Virus record (IMG/VR): IMGVR_UViG_3300042914_002215
Length of the DNA stretch: 64,000 bases
Strand: one strand, 5' to 3'
Source: a virus
The notes beneath the pieces were generated by a model. That model saw nothing but the letters and a program-made list of their open reading frames with translations. It had not been told where the DNA came from and did not search any database. Both the position numbers and the translations under genes were made by a program. How positions within the stretch are numbered: position 1 is the first letter of the stretch; each line of letters opens with the position of its first letter. Shown here piece by piece: positions 39,680 to 48,425 of this stretch.

Positions 39680-40723
39680 ATGTCAATTTTCAATGACAAA
39701 GCACTGAAAGGTGTAGCAGAAGCAGCAGCAAAAATCATGGCAGAAACAAGCCATGGTCTAAAGGGTAATCAGCATAAAATTGATGCCAACAAAAATGGTA
39801 AAATTGATGCTCATGACTTCAAACTTCTACGTGCAGGTAAAAAGCCAGCGATGAAGAAAGAAGAAGTTGAACAAATTGATGAACTGTCAAGAAGTAGTTT
39901 AGCATCATATACTAATAAAGCAGCACGTAATATGTCTACAATGACGGGAATAGCCGCAAAACAAACAACACCAGGAGGTAATCCTAAAAAAGGCACCGAA
40001 GAAAAGGCTAAAAAAATTGCTAATACCATTAGCAAAAGAATGCATGGTATCAATAAGGCAACATCTCGTTTGGCTAAAGAAGAAGTTGAATTGAACGAAG
40101 AAACAGAACAACTTCAAGAGTATGAGTCAAAAGGTGGTACATATCAGCACAAAGGTAATTACGGCACTTCATACAAGACAGATGAAGAAGGTAATGAAAT
40201 CAAGCCAGCAAAACAAAAAGGCTACGGTGCTCGTCAAAACTATGTTCGTGGCACAAGCACAGGCGAAAAGAAAAAGATGAAAGAAGAACTATCATTCACA
40301 GAAATGCTTGAACTGTACAACGAGCATGGTCTAAAAGTTCTTGCACCAATTGAAAAAGAAGAACAACAAATTGGTGATCAAACAGTTGAAGTTATTGATG
40401 CCGACAAAGTAAATGGTGTTGTTGCAACTATCGTTGAAGAGCCAACAGAAGAAGAGTTCAACAAAGAATTGAAAGATCAACAAGATAGTTTTGCTGGTAA
40501 AAAGAAACAACCAAAAGTTGCTGCTGGTAAAACAACTGGTGTAAAAGTTATGCCAGAAGAAGTTGAACTTGATGAGCGCACATTGACATCTGGTGAAGCC
40601 AAAAAGAAAGAAGAGTATGTCAAAGGCATGAAGAAAGGTCTTTCTGGTTTCAAACAGCGTTATGGTGAACGTGCTAAATCAGTAATGTACGCAACAGCAA
40701 CTAAGATGGCAAAGAAAGACTAA
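39680..40723 (+). CDS. Modular E/K-rich putative head/scaffold-associated protein
   Basis: EF-hand-like DANKNGKIDAHD; repeated EEVE(Q/L)(I/L/N)DE linkers; YATATKMAK tail. Confidence 0.6.
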   Translation: MSIFNDKALKGVAEAAAKIMAETSHGLKGNQHKIDANKNGKIDAHDFKLLRAGKKPAMKKEEVEQIDELSRSSLASYTNKAARNMSTMTGIAAKQTTPGGNPKKGTEEKAKKIANTISKRMHGINKATSRLAKEEVELNEETEQLQEYESKGGTYQHKGNYGTSYKTDEEGNEIKPAKQKGYGARQNYVRGTSTGEKKKMKEELSFTEMLELYNEHGLKVLAPIEKEEQQIGDQTVEVIDADKVNGVVATIVEEPTEEEFNKELKDQQDSFAGKKKQPKVAAGKTTGVKVMPEEVELDERTLTSGEAKKKEEYVKGMKKGLSGFKQRYGERAKSVMYATATKMAKKD

Positions 40724-40724
40724 T

Positions 40725-42008
40725 ATGAAAGTCAAACCTCTAAAAATCAAAATAAAGCAGCAGCCGCCAACTGCTGCTGAGAGGTTATATCAGAGACATC
40801 AGGCAATTCGTAAAGAAAAAGGATTGCCTGATCCATCCGAATATAAAAAGAAGTTGGAAGGTATGAAAGAAGATACCGAACAACTTGATGAGATGCCAGA
40901 ATCAAGTATGAAAACACGTGATGTACATTCACACTTGAAGAAAGCAGGTTGGGCAATAGCAAGAACTGGTGGTGGTCATGACATTTATAGTCATCCACAA
41001 GCAAAGCGTATTATTGCCGTGCCAAGACATAAACAATTGAAAGCACCTCTCATCAAAGGTATTCTCAAAGCATCAAAGGTATCTGAAGAAACAGAGATTG
41101 AAGAACAATTAGAGAAGAAGGGGCGATTCGTGTCTGGACCACCAAAGAAAACATTCAAAGCACCTACGATTGTATCGCCAATGAAAGAAGCAAAAGACAC
41201 ACGTGAATATGATTATGAAGGTGATATGGCAATGTCACAACTTCGTTCATTGGTATTCAATGCAGAAGATTTGATGGAAATGATGGATGAGAATACAAAT
41301 CTTCCTGAGTGGGTACAATCAAAGATTACACTTGCTGAAGATTATATCTCTACAGCAGCAAACTATCTGCGTGGTGAATTGACAGAAGAAGTGAATCTAA
41401 ATGAAGGTCGTCCATCTCAGCGTCATCCATTAGAAGATCATGATTATCACAAGAAGTCTAATGATGCATTGGTTCATATCGCAAAAGATGCTCATCAAGC
41501 AGCAGAAGCAATGAAGGGTCACAATACACAAGCAGAAAACAAGTATCGTGATCAAGCAAATGATTCTGCAACTGTAAGACATTGGAGAAGTAAGAATGGT
41601 ATGCCTGATTGGTACAGAAAGAAATACGGGCATGTAATTGATGGTAAAGTAATGCTCCCTGTACACACAGGTAGTATGAAAAAAGAAGAGATTGAGTATC
41701 TTGAAGAAAAGAATGCTCCAACTAATCCTGAACTGTGGTCAAGAGCAAAAGCACTTGCACGTTCCAAATTTGATGTGTATCCATCAGCATACGCTAATGG
41801 CTGGGCAGCAAAGTGGTACAAGTCCAAAGGCGGTGGTTGGAAAACTGTCAGTGAAGAAGCAGAAGAGCCAAGCATGGCAGCAAGAACTCTGTCACGTAAA
41901 GCACAGATCGTAAAAGATGCTGCGAAAAGCAAGAAAAACGAAGCAGAAGAGGCATCGGACAAGTTTCAAAAAGACCCCGAATTGTCCAGCGATATACAGA
42001 AAACATAA
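40725..42008 (+). CDS. Modular protein with an embedded HicA-like mRNA interferase domain and a DUF5872-like module
   Basis: MKTRDV…LKKAGW…RTGGGHDIYSHP…VPRH…GILK (about 40908-41075); NPELW…KFDVYPSAYA…YKSKGGGW. Confidence 0.65.
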   Translation: MKVKPLKIKIKQQPPTAAERLYQRHQAIRKEKGLPDPSEYKKKLEGMKEDTEQLDEMPESSMKTRDVHSHLKKAGWAIARTGGGHDIYSHPQAKRIIAVPRHKQLKAPLIKGILKASKVSEETEIEEQLEKKGRFVSGPPKKTFKAPTIVSPMKEAKDTREYDYEGDMAMSQLRSLVFNAEDLMEMMDENTNLPEWVQSKITLAEDYISTAANYLRGELTEEVNLNEGRPSQRHPLEDHDYHKKSNDALVHIAKDAHQAAEAMKGHNTQAENKYRDQANDSATVRHWRSKNGMPDWYRKKYGHVIDGKVMLPVHTGSMKKEEIEYLEEKNAPTNPELWSRAKALARSKFDVYPSAYANGWAAKWYKSKGGGWKTVSEEAEEPSMAARTLSRKAQIVKDAAKSKKNEAEEASDKFQKDPELSSDIQKT

Positions 42009-42012
42009 ATAA
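42005..42012 (+). promoter_or_regulatory. Late promoter
   Basis: CATAAATA upstream of an AGGAG RBS. Confidence 0.6.
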
Positions 42013-42039
42013 CTAATCAAAGATTTATAGGAGAAAAAC

Positions 42040-42618
42040 ATGTCACTTTGGGGAAACGTAGATGCATCTAACAATGCTCCAAACTTTTCAGGTCTAACTG
42101 GCTACGATACATCAACTACAGGTGAAAGTCTGGCTAACTCTCAGCCTTCATCAGTATTTGGTAATACATATATCAGCGCCACAAGAACAGGTGTGGAGTT
42201 TGGTGTATTTGGTATTGATGCCACAGAAGAAGGACTTATCACTGACGGACAGCCAACACACGCTGGTTGGGTAGCACGTACAAAGGGTGCTGGTCCAGTT
42301 GTATCAGTCACAGCAAACACTGATGCTGTAGGTCCTGCTGCAACAGCATGTACATATACACTTGTTATTTCAAACGGTGGTATAAACAATACTGCTGCTC
42401 AAGTTAGCGTAACTACTGCTGCTACTGGTAGAATCTCTAGCATTTCAATTCTGAACGGTGGTTTGTATACTGCTACACCAACAGCAAATACATTCGGTAA
42501 CACTGCATTCACCTTCACAATGGGTGGACGCAATGGTCGCACCACATTTGAAACTCTGGTAGCAATGGGTTCAATGACTGGTGATGCTTCCGACGACGCT
42601 ATTGCGCCTGATTCCTAA
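42040..42618 (+). CDS. Putative virion structural protein
   Basis: MSLWG…HAGWV…GR…ETLVAM pattern; Thr/Gly/Ala-rich; late promoter upstream. Confidence 0.65.
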   Translation: MSLWGNVDASNNAPNFSGLTGYDTSTTGESLANSQPSSVFGNTYISATRTGVEFGVFGIDATEEGLITDGQPTHAGWVARTKGAGPVVSVTANTDAVGPAATACTYTLVISNGGINNTAAQVSVTTAATGRISSISILNGGLYTATPTANTFGNTAFTFTMGGRNGRTTFETLVAMGSMTGDASDDAIAPDS

Positions 42619-42627
42619 TATATTATA

Positions 42628-42649
42628 GCGGCTGGCTTCGGTCAGCCGC
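42628..42649 (+). terminator. C(UUCG)G hairpin (terminator or stabiliser)
   Basis: GCGGCTGGC-TTCG-GTCAGCCGC. Confidence 0.65.
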
Positions 42650-42656
42650 ATTCATT

Positions 42657-43049
42657 ATGTCGTTTGAAAATCTAACTGATGAGAATATGATGTTGTACGC
42701 AGCCAAGGCCTACGATAAGCCTAACTGTATCATGAGTGAGTTTACCGAAGATATGAAGCGATTGAATTATCTCAAACGACTATTCAGGCGTTACAAGAAA
42801 CATGGTGAAATGCGTGAACGTCTGATACTCAATCACATTGTAGTTCTCTACAATCTGTTCGGACCAGAAGTAACAACAAGATTATTGTTCTTCAGTGCAA
42901 ATAAAGAAGATTACACAATACTGAAAACTTATTTGTTATTTCTAAATCTAATGCCCGAGCGTGTTCGTGGCATCAATGGCAAAGATATTCTGTCCTCTGA
43001 TATAGCAGTTGATATGGATATAGCAGAAGTTCTAAGAAATCTAAAATGA
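42657..43049 (+). CDS. Conserved T4-like hypothetical protein
   Basis: Y-x-x-P-x-C…EF-x-ED…YLKRL…ERLILNH…N-x-FG pattern. Confidence 0.7.
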   Translation: MSFENLTDENMMLYAAKAYDKPNCIMSEFTEDMKRLNYLKRLFRRYKKHGEMRERLILNHIVVLYNLFGPEVTTRLLFFSANKEDYTILKTYLLFLNLMPERVRGINGKDILSSDIAVDMDIAEVLRNLK

Positions 43050-43777
43050 CAATCATCATAGGACCAGGCATAACAATTACCGGTGGTATTGGTGTCAATG
43101 GTGGTGTTCCTCCGCCATTACCTTCTGGTGTTTATACATTAGAAGTTGGAACAAAAGCGCCCGTTCTTGGCGCTGGCGCACAAAATCCTTTTCCTGCATC
43201 TGGTTGGACATCCATCATTTCTTCAACAGGTGATGATGCCAACACGAATGTGTCTTTACCATTTACATGGACATATAACGCTAATAATTACACAAGTTTT
43301 TTTCCAAACTCAAACTATTATGTAACGTTTGGTTCCGGCTCAAATCAGTTCAATAGTTTGAGTGCGTCATCACCAGCACTAAACAAAATATATTTTGCTG
43401 GTGTTGATAACTCTTGGCAAAGAGTGTCCACATTTGTTTCTGGCACAGACTATAGAAGATTGCGTTGGGAAGGCACGGCTTCTACTACTGGCACACCAGG
43501 TAATCCTAACATGGTGTATGAATTGACATTCTTCAACCCAAGTTTGACTGGCGGTAATCCTTGGTTAGAGTTGCTTGTCGGCGTACAGGCAAGAGGAAAT
43601 TCAAATCCTGCTGTTATTTCTGGATTATACAGTTCAAGCGCAAAACTGACAGGTGGTGATTTGGGACCATCAAATCGTGGTGTCACTGCTAATCAGAGTT
43701 ATGTTATGGTAGGGAATAGTACAGGAACATCATGGACTGTATATACTGGTTATAATGTTGGTGGAACAGGGTACTAA
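43046..43777 (+). CDS. Hypothetical Gly/Ser/Thr-rich protein, probably virion-associated
   Basis: N-terminal IGPGITITGGI repeat; beta-rich composition. Confidence 0.55.
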   Translation: MTIIIGPGITITGGIGVNGGVPPPLPSGVYTLEVGTKAPVLGAGAQNPFPASGWTSIISSTGDDANTNVSLPFTWTYNANNYTSFFPNSNYYVTFGSGSNQFNSLSASSPALNKIYFAGVDNSWQRVSTFVSGTDYRRLRWEGTASTTGTPGNPNMVYELTFFNPSLTGGNPWLELLVGVQARGNSNPAVISGLYSSSAKLTGGDLGPSNRGVTANQSYVMVGNSTGTSWTVYTGYNVGGTGY

Positions 43778-43793
43778 TAACATAAATAAACTC

Positions 43794-44030
43794 ATGTCTA
43801 ACGAACTCAAAAAAGAATGTGGTCAAGGCTACTACTGGTGCAATACAGATAAAGTCTGTAAGCCTCTCAAAGAAGATGCAGGAGCAATAGGTGGTGCTCC
43901 TACTAATGCTGTGGGTGGTGGTGCTATTGCTGGTATTGGTGTAGGTCCACAAGGCGAACCAGGCGTAAAGAAACGCAAGACAGCAACATTCATATCATTC
44001 ATCAAGAGAAAGTCAAATGTGGCTTCTTAG
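43794..44030 (+). CDS. Small hypothetical late protein
   Basis: CATAAATA late promoter at 43781 directly upstream; Cys module followed by a Gly-rich module. Confidence 0.55.
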   Translation: MSNELKKECGQGYYWCNTDKVCKPLKEDAGAIGGAPTNAVGGGAIAGIGVGPQGEPGVKKRKTATFISFIKRKSNVAS

Positions 44031-44454
44031 TTTTTTACCTGACGCATTTCTATTATTCATAATCAACACAATTCTAATATGCGGTATCGTAGGTACCGTG
44101 ATAGGTTTTTTAGGTAGCAAACTGCCATTTATTGGCAACTATGCGAACATCATCAAGTATGTTTCCATAGCATTACTCTGTATCGGAATATATTGGAAAG
44201 GAGGCTATAGCGTCGAGCAGGAGTGGCGCCAACGAGTGGCTGAACTAGAGGAGAAAGTGAAAGATGCAGAAGAGAAATCACAACAAACAAATGTCGTTAT
44301 TGAAACGAAGATCCGAGAGAGAACAAAGAGAGTCGTTGAGACAAGAGAGAGAATTGTTGAAAAGATTAAAGAGATGGAAAAAGTTATCGATGCAAAATGC
44401 GAACTTGATCCCGCAGTTATAAGTATATTGAATGAGGCAGCAAAGAAACCATGA
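44017..44454 (+). CDS. Inner-membrane spanin (Rz-like)
   Basis: N-terminal TM segments, coiled coil, C-terminal Cys; followed by a lipoprotein gene. Confidence 0.7.
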   Translation: MWLLSFLPDAFLLFIINTILICGIVGTVIGFLGSKLPFIGNYANIIKYVSIALLCIGIYWKGGYSVEQEWRQRVAELEEKVKDAEEKSQQTNVVIETKIRERTKRVVETRERIVEKIKEMEKVIDAKCELDPAVISILNEAAKKP

Positions 44455-44711
44455 AAAAGTTATTGATTCTTTTGTTGCTTGCAGGTTGTAGTACCACTGT
44501 GCCAGTGAAACGCAAGTTTCCTGAAATACCAGATTCATTTAAGGTATCTTGTGCGCCACTGGCACAGATTAAGCAAGACACAGCCAAACTGAGTGAAGTG
44601 ATAACGGTTGTGACAGATAATTACTCACAGTATCATTTGTGTAGTGATAAAGTTGACATGTGGATAGAATGGTATTCGTTACAAAAGGAGATTTTTGACT
44701 CTGTAAAATAA
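44451..44711 (+). CDS. Outer-membrane spanin lipoprotein (Rz1-like)
   Basis: Lipobox LLAGC, Pro-containing region, two further Cys. Confidence 0.75.
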   Translation: MKKLLILLLLAGCSTTVPVKRKFPEIPDSFKVSCAPLAQIKQDTAKLSEVITVVTDNYSQYHLCSDKVDMWIEWYSLQKEIFDSVK

Positions 44712-44726
44712 TACCTGAGGATACAC

Positions 44727-45344
44727 ATGGAACTGACAAAAGAACAACTAAAGCAACTGCTTCCAAAAAACCCCTACATTGATCAGTGGCACAAAGCATT
44801 AGCCCAATTACTACCAGATTATGAAATCAATACGCCACAACGTATTGCAGCATTCATAGCACAATGTGCTCATGAATCAGGTGGTTTTATATTTCTAACA
44901 GAAAATCTAAACTACAAAGCAGAGAGTTTAGTAAAAGTATTTCCAAAATACTTCAAAGATTTAGCAACAGCAAAAGCATATGAAAAAAAGCCAGAGAAAA
45001 TTGCCAACAGAATTTATGCTGATCGTATGGGCAATGGTAATGAATTATCTGGTGATGGCTACAAGTATCGTGGCCGTGGACTAATTCAACTAACCGGCAA
45101 AACAAACTATACATGGTTTGCCGCATCACTTGAAATTTCTCCTGAAGAAGCAGCAGAGTATACACAAACATTTGAAGGCGCAGCACAGTCAGCATGTTGG
45201 TTTTGGGAAACTAATAAACTGAATGAATTGGCAGATAAAGGTGATATTCTTGCGATGACCAAACGAATCAATGGCGGTACGATTGGTTTGGAAGATCGTA
45301 AGAAGCACTATGAACATGCTCTCCATGTTCTGGGAGTACACTAA
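44727..45344 (+). CDS. Glycoside hydrolase family 19 endolysin
   Basis: AAFIAQCAHES, ENLNY, YRGRGLIQLTG and TKRINGG motifs. Confidence 0.92.
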   Translation: MELTKEQLKQLLPKNPYIDQWHKALAQLLPDYEINTPQRIAAFIAQCAHESGGFIFLTENLNYKAESLVKVFPKYFKDLATAKAYEKKPEKIANRIYADRMGNGNELSGDGYKYRGRGLIQLTGKTNYTWFAASLEISPEEAAEYTQTFEGAAQSACWFWETNKLNELADKGDILAMTKRINGGTIGLEDRKKHYEHALHVLGVH

Positions 45345-45577
45345 TGAAGTATCTGTCATTACTATTACTTCCACTATTAGTTGCTTGTCAAGAAAACTAT
45401 CGTTATCCTTGCCAAGACCCAGAGAATTGGGAACAAAAACAATGTAAAAAACCATACTGTAGTGCTAACGGAACTTGCCCTGAAGATTTGACCCACTATG
45501 AAAAAAATAAAGTAGGTCAACCTTCACCAGCACAACAAATACAAACACAAGTTCCAGCTAAAGGAGATTGCAAATGA
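45344..45577 (+). CDS. Small Cys-rich lipoprotein
   Basis: Lipobox LVAC; RYPCQDP…C…C…C. Confidence 0.7.
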   Translation: MKYLSLLLLPLLVACQENYRYPCQDPENWEQKQCKKPYCSANGTCPEDLTHYEKNKVGQPSPAQQIQTQVPAKGDCK

Positions 45578-46050
45578 TAAAAGAATTATGGGACGGTCCA
45601 AGATATACAACTGAAGAACTAAATGCACGATTGAAATTTTTCATCGGCATCGTATTAGGTCTTACACTATTCGGTATTGTTTTTGTTGTTCTATACAGTT
45701 TGATTTTTGTAACTCAGCCAATGAACGGCATGAGTCCAGTTGACAACAAGTTCTTTGAACTAATTATTCCTATTGCTACATTCTTGACAGGTACATTATC
45801 AGGTATCATGTTAGCAGGTGATGACAAAGACTTGAGAGCAAAAGCACTTGATGCTGCAAATAAGCCTTATACACCACCACCAGCACCACCATCGTTACCA
45901 CCAAGTGGCGGTTTTAGTGCATCGTTTTCAACTAGCAGTGCAGAAACGTTTGCAGCACCAGTTGCAGCAGTAGCAGCATTTGCACCATCAGTAGAAGCAG
46001 GCTTTGGTGGTAAAGAAGCACCTAAACAACCAGATCATCCTGAACTATGA
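45574..46050 (+). CDS. Two-TM membrane protein with a Pro/Ala-rich tail (holin or lysis-accessory candidate)
   Basis: Two hydrophobic segments; located in the lysis cassette. Confidence 0.6.
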   Translation: MIKELWDGPRYTTEELNARLKFFIGIVLGLTLFGIVFVVLYSLIFVTQPMNGMSPVDNKFFELIIPIATFLTGTLSGIMLAGDDKDLRAKALDAANKPYTPPPAPPSLPPSGGFSASFSTSSAETFAAPVAAVAAFAPSVEAGFGGKEAPKQPDHPEL

Positions 46051-46274
46051 TAAATTTCATCGTCAAGATGTTGTCTGGTGAGGGTGAAAACAATCCCAGT
46101 AGCAAGAGAGTGATTACCCTTTTGGCATTCATTCTTCTTGCTATTGGATTTATTGCCGAAGTGTTTTATGAAAAGAAATTGAATCCACAAACGTTTGATG
46201 CTATAATGTATATCGTCCTTGGTGGTTTGGGCTTTACGGCATCAGAAAAATTTATATCAAAGGAAAAGAAATGA
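46047..46274 (+). CDS. Small two-TM protein (holin candidate)
   Basis: SSKR followed by two TM segments and a charged C-terminus. Confidence 0.55.
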   Translation: MINFIVKMLSGEGENNPSSKRVITLLAFILLAIGFIAEVFYEKKLNPQTFDAIMYIVLGGLGFTASEKFISKEKK

Positions 46275-46468
46275 AAAAAGAATTTGCCGTCTTAGGAATG
46301 GTTTTATTCCTGTTGTTTGCTCCTCTGACAAATGCCGCTTTTGCTGCTGAAGAGAAAAAAGTATGTGTCAAAGAATTTGACAATAAGACTAAAAAAGAAA
46401 AAGAAGTATGCAAGACGATCAAAGTACACAAAAAACTAGAAGGAACAAAGATTCCAGAGAAGAAATAA
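46271..46468 (+). CDS. Small secreted protein
   Basis: Signal peptide (AFA), two Cys, Lys-rich. Confidence 0.55.
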   Translation: MKKEFAVLGMVLFLLFAPLTNAAFAAEEKKVCVKEFDNKTKKEKEVCKTIKVHKKLEGTKIPEKK

Positions 46469-46896
46469 TGGACGGAGATGTAGCACTTAGAGTAGAGGTC
46501 GGTGTTCTCAGAGAAAAGGTCTACACACTTGTAGACCTCTGTGAGAAGATGGATCGTGTCATTGAGAAACTTGCAGATAATAATAACTCCGTTGTCAATC
46601 AGATTTATAACGACATGGACAAAAGAAAACAAGAAACTGCAAGCGACATCAAAGAACTTCATTCACGTATTACCACGGTAGACAGAAATCTTTCCGATAA
46701 GATTGAACTTACCGAGCGTAGAATAATGGATGAGTTCAAGGCATTACGTGACCATATTACCGAACATAACAAAAAAGAAGATGAAGAACTTCAAGCACTA
46801 TCCAAATGGAAATGGATGGTAGCTGGTGGAGTGGTAGTTGTTGCATGGGTAGTATCAAACGTCAGACTGGACTACCTAGTAAAATTATTCAATTAA
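46468..46896 (+). CDS. Coiled-coil protein with a C-terminal TM segment
   Basis: Heptad pattern; KWKWMVAGGVVVVAW. Confidence 0.6.
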   Translation: MDGDVALRVEVGVLREKVYTLVDLCEKMDRVIEKLADNNNSVVNQIYNDMDKRKQETASDIKELHSRITTVDRNLSDKIELTERRIMDEFKALRDHITEHNKKEDEELQALSKWKWMVAGGVVVVAWVVSNVRLDYLVKLFN

Positions 46897-46925
46897 TTGA
46901 CACACTTGAGAAACACTGATATAAT
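46897..46925 (+). promoter_or_regulatory. sigma70-type promoter for the primase gene
   Basis: TTGACA-N17-TATAAT, ending 6 nt before the ATG. Confidence 0.8.
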
Positions 46926-46931
46926 GAGAAC

Positions 46932-47981
46932 ATGGCACTTTCAACTGACTCAAAATATGTGAGATTGGTTTCTTCACGCTTGCGTAATTTCAAGCAGAAG
47001 AATACAAATCTGTGGAATTTTTCATGCCCCTATTGTGGCGATTCCAAAACAAATACACTCAAAGCCCGCGGCTACATGTATGCCAAGGGCAATGATCTTT
47101 TCTATCGTTGTCATAACTGCGGAGTAGGAACAAATGTCGCCAATTTCCTCAAACATGTTGACCCATCAATACATGGAGAGTATGTACTCGAAAAGTATAA
47201 ATCGGGAACCACAGGTGTATCCAACACGTATCACTGGAAGCCTGAAAGTGCACCAAGAATCGTCACCAGCCAACCCAAATTTGGTCACATCGAAAAGCGC
47301 CGTGTATTTGAACATGGGGAATGGCTCAGTAATCTACCAAGTGGACATTTTTGTCTAACATACGTAGAGAATCGTTTACTTCCTAAAGAACATTACGATA
47401 AGTTATTATTCACATCTAACTATAAAGAATTTTGTGATGCTCTGATTCCAGATCATGGCAAAGAACTTGTAGAAGATGCACGATTGGTTATACCATTCTA
47501 TAATTATCAGAATGAATTGATTGCATTATCGGGTCGTGCATTAGAGAGTAGTAGTTACAAACTTCGTTATGTTACATTACGCACCAATGATTCAACAAAC
47601 AAGTTGATCTATGGCATGGACAGAGCTGATTTGAAGAAGAGAGTATATCTTGTTGAGGGTCCACTTGACAGTTTGTTTTTGAATAATTGTGTGGCATCTG
47701 GTGATGCCAATCTTGCACTGACGGTGAAAAATATTCAAGCAGAAAAAATTACGCTTGTATTTGATAATGAACCACGAAATAAAGAAGTATGCAAGTTGAT
47801 TGAAAATGCAATCAAATCAAATCATGATGTCGTCATTTGGCCAGATAATATTGAAGGCAAAGACATCAATGAGATGGTACTAAATGGTTTTTCAACAGGC
47901 GAAATCCAGGAAATCATAGATAGTAATACATTTTATGGTCTTGAGGCTATAGCTAAATTTACATTTTGGAAGAAGGTATGA
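46932..47981 (+). CDS. gp61: DNA primase
   Basis: CPYCGDS…CHNC zinc ribbon, RLVIPF, VEGPLDS, FDNEPRN and KDINEM motifs. Confidence 0.95.
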   Translation: MALSTDSKYVRLVSSRLRNFKQKNTNLWNFSCPYCGDSKTNTLKARGYMYAKGNDLFYRCHNCGVGTNVANFLKHVDPSIHGEYVLEKYKSGTTGVSNTYHWKPESAPRIVTSQPKFGHIEKRRVFEHGEWLSNLPSGHFCLTYVENRLLPKEHYDKLLFTSNYKEFCDALIPDHGKELVEDARLVIPFYNYQNELIALSGRALESSSYKLRYVTLRTNDSTNKLIYGMDRADLKKRVYLVEGPLDSLFLNNCVASGDANLALTVKNIQAEKITLVFDNEPRNKEVCKLIENAIKSNHDVVIWPDNIEGKDINEMVLNGFSTGEIQEIIDSNTFYGLEAIAKFTFWKKV

Positions 47982-47982
47982 T

Positions 47983-48156
47983 ATGAACGAACGAATCAAG
48001 GAACTGGCTATTGAGGCTGGATATATGGAAGATGCATTTGGCATAGGACATTGGGATATGCCTGAGTGTAAAAACTTTGCCGAGTTGATTGTCAGAGAAT
48101 GTGCTTCGTTGGTAGTAGACGACTATGTTATTTTAGAATATTTTGGAGTTGAATAA
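47983..48156 (+). CDS. Small hypothetical protein, paralog of the next gene
   Basis: MNERIKELA…FAELIVREC…FGVE (57 aa, read manually). Confidence 0.65.
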   Translation: MNERIKELAIEAGYMEDAFGIGHWDMPECKNFAELIVRECASLVVDDYVILEYFGVE

Positions 48157-48380
48157 TGAATTATATTAAACCAGAAGATATTAAAGAGTATGTAGGTAAA
48201 AACCCAACAGGTATTGCTGGTCATAGTGAAGAATTATCAGTAATGGTAAATCATTTCGCTGAGTTGATTGTTCGGGAATGTATTGAGATTGCTAATAAGA
48301 ATAGAACAGCCATGGAGATGGATAGAAATACACATTTAGCGGCAGATGTAATTAAACAACATTTCGGAGTTGAAGAATAA
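48156..48380 (+). CDS. Small hypothetical protein, paralog of the previous gene
   Basis: FAELIVREC…HFGVEE. Confidence 0.65.
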   Translation: MNYIKPEDIKEYVGKNPTGIAGHSEELSVMVNHFAELIVRECIEIANKNRTAMEMDRNTHLAADVIKQHFGVEE

Positions 48381-48385
48381 AAAAC

Positions 48386-48425
48386 ACTAAATAACATTGT
48401 CACTCAAAAGGAGTCCAGTGTTATG
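48386..48425 (+). promoter_or_regulatory. Late promoter with an RBS-sequestering hairpin
   Basis: ACTAAATA; ATAACATTG/CAGTGTTAT and ACTC/GAGT stems enclose the AAGGAG RBS and the AUG. Confidence 0.7.
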
